Part shown: positions 8,508-15,091 of the stretch, one piece after another
How positions within the stretch are numbered: position 1 is the stretch's first letter
How the letters are laid out: each line of letters begins with the position of its first letter
From: Candidatus Omnitrophota bacterium
Lineage (GTDB): Bacteria > Omnitrophota > Gorgyraeia > JABMRG01 > JAFGKX01
Assembly: GCA_020354945.1 (NCBI GenBank)
Contig: CP070655.1
Coordinates: 202,297-222,086 of the forward strand
Direction: 5' to 3'
DNA: 19,790 nucleotides
Notes under the pieces: generated by a model
Told to the model about the DNA's origin: nothing
Seen by the model: the letters and a program-made list of their open reading frames with translations, nothing else
The model's database searches: none
Position numbers and translations under genes: made by a program

Positions 8508-8578
8508 TAGTTTTCAGTCATCAATCATCAGTTTTCAGTACTACTGACTACTGATTACTGGCGACTGATAACTGATAA
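8508..8578. repeat. Heptamer-periodic inverted repeat (CAG/CTG type)
   Basis: TAGTTTT CAGTCAT CAATCAT CAGTTTT CAGTA-CTA-CTGACTA CTGATTA CTGGCGA CTGATAA CTGATAA. Confidence 0.85.
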
Positions 8579-9982
8579 TTATCCTACCGTTATCTTTTCC
8601 TCCGGATAACGATAATATATTTTTTTCTCTACCCGCATAGCCAATGCCAAAGCTACGGTTAAAGGACCGATCCTGCCTATAAACATTGTAATGGCAACTA
8701 TTAACTTACCCAATGTGCTTAAATGGGGCGTTACCCCTGTGGTTAACCCGCATGTTCCAAAGGCAGAAGTAGTTTCAAAAAATAGACTTAAAAAATAACC
8801 GTTATCGCCCGAAACGGCCTTTTCAGTAATTGTCAAGAGCAAGGTGGAAGTAAATATCAAAGTTATTGCTAATACAAAAATTGCCACTGCCCTTCTAAAA
8901 ACATCCCTTTCTATTGTTCTTTTAAAGATAAATATCCTGTCTCTTCCTTTGAGCATAGAAACAAAACCTACTAAAAGTACTGCCACCGTTGCTGTCTTTA
9001 TTCCCCCTCCCGTAGAACCGGGAGATGCTCCGATAAATATCAGTATCATTAACAAAAATTTGGTTGTTGTTTGTAAATCTCCTGTCGGCAATACATTAAA
9101 GCCGGCTGTGCGCGGGGTGATTGCAGTAAAAATGGAACTTAAAAATTTTTCTTTTAAGGGCATATCTTTTAAAATATAATTGCACTCTAAAAGAAACACC
9201 CCGGCCATACCGATTAATAATAGAATTATTGTTACTGCCAAAACGGTCTTTGTCTGTAGATTAATTTTTTTGACAAAAGGATTTGCAATGCCTTTTTTTA
9301 TCTGCCGGGCCAAATAAGCCCTTCTAAAAAATGGCACATAGAATCCTAATTTCGGAATATTTAATACCACCACGAATCCCAATCCGCCGATGATAATAAG
9401 AGAACCCATAATTGCCATAATAGCTGTATCAGCACGCCAGTTTGTTAAGCTATTTGAAAAAAGCGAAAATCCGGCATTGCAGAATGCAGATATAGAATGG
9501 AATATAGCCCTTTTAAAAATCGTCGCTTGGCTCCATTGGGTTATAAAACTCCATCGAAGGTATAATAGCGTGGCTCCGATAAACTCTACAACAAATGCTA
9601 TAAGCACAATATACTTAATCAGGCCCCTTAATCCTTCTATCTTATCATAGCCCAGTGCATTCTTTATGGTTAAATCTTGAGAGATAGTCAATCTTTTAGC
9701 TAATATGATACTAAAGAGAGTGGAAAAGGTCATTATGCCTAATCCGCCCAATTGAATAAATAAAAGTATAACAATCTGGCCAAAAAGCGAAAAGGCTCTG
9801 CCCGTATCTTTTACAATTAACCCGGTGACACAAGTAGCGCTGGTTGCGGTAAACAGGCTATCTATTGGACTCAACGGGTTGCCGCTTTTTGTAGCCACGG
9901 GCAAACTTAAAAGAAGTGTTGCGCACAGGATGGCTATCCCAAAACTTAACAATACTATTTGGGGAGGAGTCAATTTTCGCAT
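8579..9982 (-). CDS. ktrB: Ktr/TrkH family K+ uptake membrane subunit
   Basis: Four pore-loop motifs SATCVTGL, SAFCNAGF, TPRTAGF and SAFGTCGL, plus GASPGSTGGGIK and MFIGRIG. Confidence 0.94.
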   Translation of the reverse strand: MRKLTPPQIVLLSFGIAILCATLLLSLPVATKSGNPLSPIDSLFTATSATCVTGLIVKDTGRAFSLFGQIVILLFIQLGGLGIMTFSTLFSIILAKRLTISQDLTIKNALGYDKIEGLRGLIKYIVLIAFVVEFIGATLLYLRWSFITQWSQATIFKRAIFHSISAFCNAGFSLFSNSLTNWRADTAIMAIMGSLIIIGGLGFVVVLNIPKLGFYVPFFRRAYLARQIKKGIANPFVKKINLQTKTVLAVTIILLLIGMAGVFLLECNYILKDMPLKEKFLSSIFTAITPRTAGFNVLPTGDLQTTTKFLLMILIFIGASPGSTGGGIKTATVAVLLVGFVSMLKGRDRIFIFKRTIERDVFRRAVAIFVLAITLIFTSTLLLTITEKAVSGDNGYFLSLFFETTSAFGTCGLTTGVTPHLSTLGKLIVAITMFIGRIGPLTVALALAMRVEKKIYYRYPEEKITVG

Positions 9983-9995
9983 ATTATTTTCACCA

Positions 9996-10057
9996 TTAAA
10001 ATCAAATATCCCTGCCTGCCGGCAGGCAGGTTTAATTTTAAATTTTTAATTTTTCAG
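9996..10057. repeat. Perfect 20-bp palindrome CCTGCCTGCCGGCAGGCAGG (10011-10030) inside AT-rich heptamer arms
   Basis: TTAAAAT CAAATAT C [palindrome] TTTAATT TTAAATT TTTAATT TTTCAG. Confidence 0.8.
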
Positions 10058-10058
10058 C

Positions 10059-10415
10059 TTATTTCTCTCCGCCTTTAGCGATGCTTATCAACTTCTTAAA
10101 TGCGGTTTTGCTACTTACAGCAAGGCCTGCTAAAGATTTTCTATCTAAAGCTATCCCTGCCTTTTTAAGGCCGGATATAAATTCAGAGTATTTAATCCCG
10201 TGCCCGCGGCAGGCTGCGTTTATTCTAGCAATCCAGAGACTCCTAAAATCTCTTTTTTTAACCTTTCTATCTCTGTAAGAATAAGCCAGGGCTCTTCTCG
10301 CCGTCTCTTTTGCGGTGCGGTAAAGCTTGCCCCTGCCTCCGACATAACCTTTTGCCTGTTTTAATGTTTTCTTTCTTCGTCTTTTCGAAGCAACTGCGTG
10401 TTTTACTTTTGCCAT
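10059..10415 (-). CDS. rplT: 50S ribosomal protein L20
   Basis: Motifs [30 protein letters not shown] and LDRKSLA. Confidence 0.98.
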   Translation of the reverse strand: MAKVKHAVASKRRRKKTLKQAKGYVGGRGKLYRTAKETARRALAYSYRDRKVKKRDFRSLWIARINAACRGHGIKYSEFISGLKKAGIALDRKSLAGLAVSSKTAFKKLISIAKGGEK

Positions 10416-10429
10416 TCTGCCCCCACGTT

Positions 10430-10479
10430 AGGGGTCAGACACCAGGATTTGCTTTGTTCGTTCCCGGTGTCTGACCCCT
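10430..10479. repeat. Inverted-repeat element AGGGGTCAGACACC...GGTGTCTGACCCCT
   Basis: Perfect 14-bp inverted repeat with a 22-nt loop in the rpmI-rplT spacer. Confidence 0.8.
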
Positions 10480-10676
10480 CATCTATACGGCAACATCGTT
10501 TTTATCTTCTTTGTTGCCGTTTTTCCTAAAATGCTCTTTCTAGAAAGGGCCCTCTTTCGTTTTCTCGACTTTCCCGTTAAAAGGTGCCCTTTAGAGGTTT
10601 TTGCGCTTTTGACTTTTCCTTTTCTGGTTATTTTAAATCTTTTGGTTATCGCCTTTTTTGTCTTTAACTTCGGCAT
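10479..10676 (-). CDS. rpmI: 50S ribosomal protein L35
   Basis: MPKLKTKKAITKRFKITRKGKV...HLLTGKSRKRKR. The start is moved to ATG 10676, which has SD AGGAG; the upstream extension in the ORF track is not credible. Confidence 0.96.
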   Translation of the reverse strand: MPKLKTKKAITKRFKITRKGKVKSAKTSKGHLLTGKSRKRKRALSRKSILGKTATKKIKTMLPYR

Positions 10677-10708
10677 AATTACTCCTAATCCTAAAACTAA
10701 CACCTCAA

Positions 10709-10912
10709 GCGAAGCAATTACCTATGAGCAGCAATAGCATTTTTTAGCATTTTGCGAACGAGCATGAGCGAGGTTTGCAGGAGCAAACCGAGCGAAGGAA
10801 AGTTTGTGTTTGAGCCCGAACACATCGTAAGATGTGAGGGCGAGTTAAACTTTCCCAAAGCGAGCAAAATGCGTTAAGAAAAATGCGTGCTGCGAATAGG
10901 TGATTGCTGAGC
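10709..10912 (+). other. Multibranched palindromic element (MITE/REP-like or structured RNA)
   Basis: Nested helices 10713-25/10896-908, 10728-33/10888-93, 10737-44/10879-86 and 10747-55/10864-72. Side hairpin 10772-89; second arm 10797-805/10847-55, 10814-17/10838-41 and CACATC-GTAA-GATGTG. Confidence 0.75.
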
Positions 10913-10914
10913 GC

Positions 10915-11436
10915 CTACTTTGGCGCAAGAACCATGAATATAAAACGGCCTTCTTTTCTGGGGGCCTTTTCTACTTCGCTTACATCCACCGTATCCTGAA
11001 TAATTCTATCTAACAGTTGCCTGCCCAATTCTTGATGGGCCATTTCTCTTCCGCGAAACATCAGCGCCCACTTTACCTTATTGCCTTTTGTTAAGAATTC
11101 CCTGGCATGGTTTAGCTTGGTGTTATAATCATGTTCTTCTATTCTAGGTTTTATCCTAATCTCTTTGACTCTAATTATATGCTGTCTCTTGTGGGCCTCC
11201 CTTTCCTTTTTCTCCTGATCATATTTATATTTGCTATAATCCATTATTCGGCAAACAGGGGGGCTTGCGGAAGGCGCAACTTCAACCAAATCAAGCTTTG
11301 ACTCGTGTGCTCGGCTTAATCCTTCTCTTGGTTCCATTATCCCCAGTTGTTCTCCCTCGGCGCCGATAATTCTTATCTTCGGCGCCCTTATCATCTCATT
11401 TACCCTGGTTCTTTTTTTTCGTATATACTTAGCTAT
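10915..11436 (-). CDS. infC: Translation initiation factor IF-3 (non-canonical ATA start)
   Basis: Motifs RVNEMIR, LDLVEVAP, PPVCRIMDYSKYKY and MFRGRE. An in-frame ATA at 11436 lies 7 nt after SD GGAGGTG (11450-11444); an in-frame TGA just upstream limits further extension. Confidence 0.95.
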   Translation of the reverse strand: MAKYIRKKRTRVNEMIRAPKIRIIGAEGEQLGIMEPREGLSRAHESKLDLVEVAPSASPPVCRIMDYSKYKYDQEKKEREAHKRQHIIRVKEIRIKPRIEEHDYNTKLNHAREFLTKGNKVKWALMFRGREMAHQELGRQLLDRIIQDTVDVSEVEKAPRKEGRFIFMVLAPK

Positions 11437-13141
11437 ATGATTTCACCTCCTTTAATATTCTCCGGATAAACCTGTCTGGTTTTGTTTTTCCTTCATCGCC
11501 CTTTTTACGGCTTCTTACGGAAATGGCATTTTCTTTTTGTTCCTTTGCCCCTATAATCAGCATGTATGGAATTTTGCTTTTTTGCGCCTCTCTTATTTTA
11601 TATCCTATGGTCTGGCTGCGCATATCTATTTCGCTTCGTATATTGCTTTGTTTTAAATCTTCGTGAATTTTCCCGGCATATTCTTTCTGTTTATCGGTTA
11701 TTGGCATAACCATTACCTGAGTCGGAGAAAGCCATACCGGCAGCGCCCCTGCATAATGTTCAATTAAGGCCCCAAGGAATCTTTCCATGCTACCAAGAAT
11801 AACCCTATGCAACGTAATAGGGCGGCGTTTTTCACCGTCTTTGTCGGTGTAGGTAAGTTTGAACCTTTCCGGAAGGGCAAAATCACACTGTATTGTTGCG
11901 CACTGCCAGAATCGTCCAAGAGCGTCTTTTAATTTTATGTCTATCTTTGGCCCATAAAATGCGCCTTCTCCTTCATTAATATCGTATTTCATCTTCTTTT
12001 CTTCCAAAGATTTCCTTAAGGCTTCCGTGGCCTTCTCCCAATCTTTGTCAGTGCCTATGTGTTTCTCCGGCATAGTACTCAACTCTACGCAGTAATCTTT
12101 AAATCCAAAAACTTTTAGCGCGTATAATACAAAATCTATAATTGCCTTTATCTCGTCGGTGAGTTGTTCCGGCAGACAAAATATATGGGCATCGTCCTGG
12201 GTAAATCCTCTTACTCTTAAAAGCCCGTGTAAAACGCCGCTCTTTTCATGTCTATACACTGTGCCTAATTCAAAATACCTCAGAGGCAAATCGCGATAAC
12301 TCCTGATTGCGGACTTGTATATAAGCATATGGGCTGGGCAGTTCATCGGTTTTATTGCATATTCGGCTCCTTCGATGTCGAATATATACATAAGCTCTTT
12401 ATAATAATCATAATGGCCTGAACGAATCCAGATATCGGCCTTCATTATGTGCGGGCCTATCGCCAGCTGATATCCTCGCCTAAGGTGTTCTTTCTTTTCC
12501 CAGTCTTCTATTATATCTCGCAAAAGGGCTCCCTTTGGCTGATATATTATTAAACCTGCCCCCGCAGACTCATCTATAATAAAAAATTCTAACTCTTTGC
12601 CCAATTTGCGGTGGTCTCTCTTCTTTGCCTCTTCAATAAGCTTGAGGTGTTTATCTAGCTCTTTTTGTGTCGTAAAAGCAGTGCCGTATATTCGCTGTAA
12701 CATAGGATTTTCTGCGTTTCCTTTCCAATAGGCCCCTGCTACATGGGTTAGGGCAAAGGTTTCAATCTTACCTGTAGAAGAAAGGTGCGGCCCTTTACAT
12801 AAGTCGGTGAAATCGCCGTTTGAATAAATAGTTACCGTATCTTGGAGTATCCCTTTTATGAGTTCTACCTTATAATCTTCGCCCATATCTTTAAAGAGCT
12901 TGCGGGCCTTTTCCTTAGTCATTTCATTTTTAATAAACTTTTGATTCTGCCTTATAATCTGGTGCATCTTTTCTTCTATCTTAGAAAGGTCTTCCGGCGT
13001 AAACGGCTCTTTCTTATCAAAATCATAATAGAATCCATTCTCAATAGAAGGACCTATGCCCAATTTTACATCGGGCCATAAGGCTTTTACCGCCCGAGCC
13101 AAAACATGCGCCGTGCTATGTCTTAAGGTTTCCAGGTTCAT
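11429..13141 (-). CDS. thrS: Threonine--tRNA ligase (lacks the N-terminal TGS domain)
   Basis: Motifs RHSTAHVLA, DLCKGPH, RDHRKLG, KPMNCP, RVRGFTQDDAH and GAFYGPKID. The start is moved to ATG 13141 because the ORF-track start lies within tRNA-Leu. Confidence 0.97.
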   Translation of the reverse strand: MNLETLRHSTAHVLARAVKALWPDVKLGIGPSIENGFYYDFDKKEPFTPEDLSKIEEKMHQIIRQNQKFIKNEMTKEKARKLFKDMGEDYKVELIKGILQDTVTIYSNGDFTDLCKGPHLSSTGKIETFALTHVAGAYWKGNAENPMLQRIYGTAFTTQKELDKHLKLIEEAKKRDHRKLGKELEFFIIDESAGAGLIIYQPKGALLRDIIEDWEKKEHLRRGYQLAIGPHIMKADIWIRSGHYDYYKELMYIFDIEGAEYAIKPMNCPAHMLIYKSAIRSYRDLPLRYFELGTVYRHEKSGVLHGLLRVRGFTQDDAHIFCLPEQLTDEIKAIIDFVLYALKVFGFKDYCVELSTMPEKHIGTDKDWEKATEALRKSLEEKKMKYDINEGEGAFYGPKIDIKLKDALGRFWQCATIQCDFALPERFKLTYTDKDGEKRRPITLHRVILGSMERFLGALIEHYAGALPVWLSPTQVMVMPITDKQKEYAGKIHEDLKQSNIRSEIDMRSQTIGYKIREAQKSKIPYMLIIGAKEQKENAISVRSRKKGDEGKTKPDRFIRRILKEVKSYS

Positions 13142-13158
13142 CTGTGTAATCTGTGTTC

Positions 13159-13246
13159 TGGTGCCGGGAGTGGGACTCGAACCCACACGGAGCTAAGCTC
13201 CAATGGATTTTAAATCCATACTGTATACCAATTTCAGCATCCCGGC
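13159..13246 (-). tRNA. tRNA-Leu (anticodon TAA)
   Basis: GCCGGGA acceptor stem; anticodon arm ATGGA-TTTAAAA-TCCAT; long variable arm GGAGC-TTA-GCTCC; GGTTCGAGTCC; encoded CCA. Confidence 0.95.
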
Positions 13247-13253
13247 ACTACGC

Positions 13254-13330
<77 letters not shown>

Positions 13331-13393
13331 ATATATTCGTTCCCGTCGCTTTGCTCCCCGGGACAATTTGCTTATTTATTAACTAGGGTAAAT

Positions 13394-13469
13394 TGGAGGC
13401 GGCGAGCGGAGTCGAACCGCTGAATCGGAGTTTTGCAGACTCCTCCCTTAACCACTTGGGTACACCGCC
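13394..13469 (-). tRNA. tRNA-Cys (anticodon GCA)
   Basis: GGCGGTG acceptor stem; anticodon arm GGAGT-CTGCAAA-ACTCC; GGTTCGACTCC; U discriminator plus CCA. Confidence 0.96.
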
Positions 13470-13525
13470 AACGTCAATTCATTCAACACCGCCTAAAAAT
13501 TGATACCGGGCGATGTCGAGGTATC

Positions 13526-13558
13526 AAAAAGGTCAGGCGCTTATACCTGACCTTTTTT
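13526..13558. terminator. Bidirectional terminator-like hairpin after coaB
   Basis: AAAAA GGTCAGG-CGCTTATA-CCTGACC TTTTTT, adjacent to a second hairpin TTGATACC...GGTATCAA (13500-13527). Confidence 0.55.
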
Positions 13559-14255
13559 ATTTATACCACAACGCCTCTATCTTATCAAGTAGTATTTGAG
13601 CTATTTTCTCTTTATTTTCCGGCCCGATTTTCTCGGCGCTTCCATTTTTATCCAATATCGAAACTTTTGTTGGGCCACTGCCAAAAGCAAGATTGTGTCT
13701 ACCTGCCCTGTTGGCTACTATTATATCGATGTTTTTTGTCTTTAATTTCTGTTTTGCCCTCTCGATTAGCTTATCAGTCTCCATGCAGAAGCCGACAATC
13801 AACCTTTTTGCTTTGTTCTTTCCTGCCCATGATAATATGTCGGGATTCCGGATTAAAGACAGCTTTCTTTTGCCACTTTTTTTAATCTTATGTTTTTGAA
13901 CTTTTTTAAGCCGGAAATTGCAGACTGCTGCAGACATAATCAGACAATCCGTATTTTTAAATTGCCTTTTCACTACTTTGAACATATCGTTTGCGGTAAC
14001 GACGCATATTATTCTTATGTCTTTGGGGGGGTTAGGGCTGACAGGGCCGGATATAAGTATAACTCTATGAGCTCTTTTTTGGGCAACTTTTGCTAGGGCA
14101 TAACCCATATTGCCGGTAGATAAATTGGAGATAAACCTTACAGGGTCTATAAATTCTCTGGTGGGGCCTGCTGTAACGAGAATGCGCATGGGCTTTCTCG
14201 GCCCCACACCAATTTGCCTCTTGCCTGTTTTTATACAATTGGTGTGGGGGTTCAT
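13557..14255 (-). CDS. coaB: Phosphopantothenate--cysteine ligase (stand-alone CoaB)
   Basis: Motifs ILVTAGPTREFIDPVRFISNLSTGNMG, SAAVCNF, NPDIL, VGFCMET and IVAN. ATGA overlap with the coaC stop; an alternative start is ATG 14189. Confidence 0.92.
   Translation of the reverse strand: MNPHTNCIKTGKRQIGVGPRKPMRILVTAGPTREFIDPVRFISNLSTGNMGYALAKVAQKRAHRVILISGPVSPNPPKDIRIICVVTANDMFKVVKRQFKNTDCLIMSAAVCNFRLKKVQKHKIKKSGKRKLSLIRNPDILSWAGKNKAKRLIVGFCMETDKLIERAKQKLKTKNIDIIVANRAGRHNLAFGSGPTKVSILDKNGSAEKIGPENKEKIAQILLDKIEALWYK
13560..13588 (-). promoter_or_regulatory. Putative sigma70 promoter for the tRNA-thrS cluster, inside the 3' end of coaB
   Basis: TTGATA (13588-13583), 17 bp, TATAAA (13565-13560), with an extended -10 TG. 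Confidence 0.5.
14202..14249. repeat. Inverted-repeat element CCCCACACCAATT...AATTGGTGTGGGG at the coaC/coaB junction
   Basis: Perfect 13-bp inverted repeat with a 22-nt loop, 48 bp in total, in frame in the CoaB N-terminal extension. Confidence 0.8.
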
Positions 14256-14821
14256 CTAAGGGCCCTTTTGGCCTCTTTGACTATTTCAGCAACATCAGCA
14301 ATGTGGCCTATGCCTTCTTTTCCACAAACGAGTCTTCCTCTTTTAGGCCCGATAAACTTAAAGCCCATTTGTTTGAGTTTGGCAATGTTGGCCCGGACAA
14401 TCTTGTTTTTATGCATATTCTCATTCATTGCAGGAGCTACTAAGATAGGAACTTTTGTAGAAACAACAGTGCAGGTTAATATATCGTCACAAATACCTGC
14501 TGCTATTTTAGAAATGCAGTCCGCTGTGGCAGGGGCTATCAAAAGAAGGTCGCACCTCTTAGCCAAATTTATATGGACGGGGTCGTAATCTAGGACCGGC
14601 TCAAACATATCATAAAAGACCTTATTGCCGGATAAAACCTGCAATGTCAGCGGAGTAATAAATTGTAATGCATCTTTAGTAGCACATACAATTACGTCAA
14701 AACCCTGTTCTTTTAACCGATTTATAATATCGCAGGCCTTATAGGCCGCTATGCTAGCGGTTACCCCAAGCAAAATACACTTTTGTCTTTTCACCCCGCA
14801 CCTTTCTTTGGCTCCACACAC
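14252..14821 (-). CDS. coaC: Phosphopantothenoylcysteine decarboxylase (stand-alone CoaC, flavoprotein)
   Basis: Motifs LGVTASIAAYKA, HINLA, IAPATAD, PAMNENM and GRLVCGKEGIG. The start is uncertain (GTG 14821 or GTG 14794). Confidence 0.92.
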   Translation of the reverse strand: MCGAKERCGVKRQKCILLGVTASIAAYKACDIINRLKEQGFDVIVCATKDALQFITPLTLQVLSGNKVFYDMFEPVLDYDPVHINLAKRCDLLLIAPATADCISKIAAGICDDILTCTVVSTKVPILVAPAMNENMHKNKIVRANIAKLKQMGFKFIGPKRGRLVCGKEGIGHIADVAEIVKEAKRALR

Positions 14822-14834
14822 GTAAGTATGAAGT

Positions 14835-15035
14835 TTATCCGGTTTCCTTCTTTTTATATGTAATTCTTCCTTCCCTTATTTCCTCTAATGCAATCTGAAA
14901 CGGCTCTTCTAATTTTGTGGATATAAGCTTTGGTGAGCCTTCGCTTATCTCAAGGGCTCTGCGAGAAACCAATATAGCTAATTTATAAGTGCTCGGTACT
15001 TTTTTTAAAAGGCCTTCCAGTTGAATCTCCGCCAT
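14835..15035 (-). CDS. rpoZ: RNA polymerase omega subunit
   Basis: STYKLAILVSRRALEI...IALEEIREGRI; lies between gmk and coaC; SD AAGGAG. Confidence 0.92.
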   Translation of the reverse strand: MAEIQLEGLLKKVPSTYKLAILVSRRALEISEGSPKLISTKLEEPFQIALEEIREGRITYKKKETG

Positions 15036-15091
15036 AACTCCTTTATAATAAAAACTGTTGAATAAACGTTATATTGTAATTTTTCCATTAT

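Noticed and set aside
3363-8578. Heptamer arrays as a CRISPR array
   Set aside because: The units are 7 nt, degenerate and inverted, with no unique spacers and no cas genes.
9260-9360. Basic loop in KtrB as another palindromic insertion
   Set aside because: No convincing inverted repeat in the DNA; this loop varies in length within the family.
13142-13186. ORF-track N-terminal extension of ThrS (MGSSPTPGTRTQITQ)
   Set aside because: It is a translation of the tRNA-Leu T-arm and acceptor stem, not protein.
14252-14255. coaBC as a frameshifted pseudogene
   Set aside because: Both halves are intact with their motifs and joined by a clean ATGA overlap, typical of genuine split genes.
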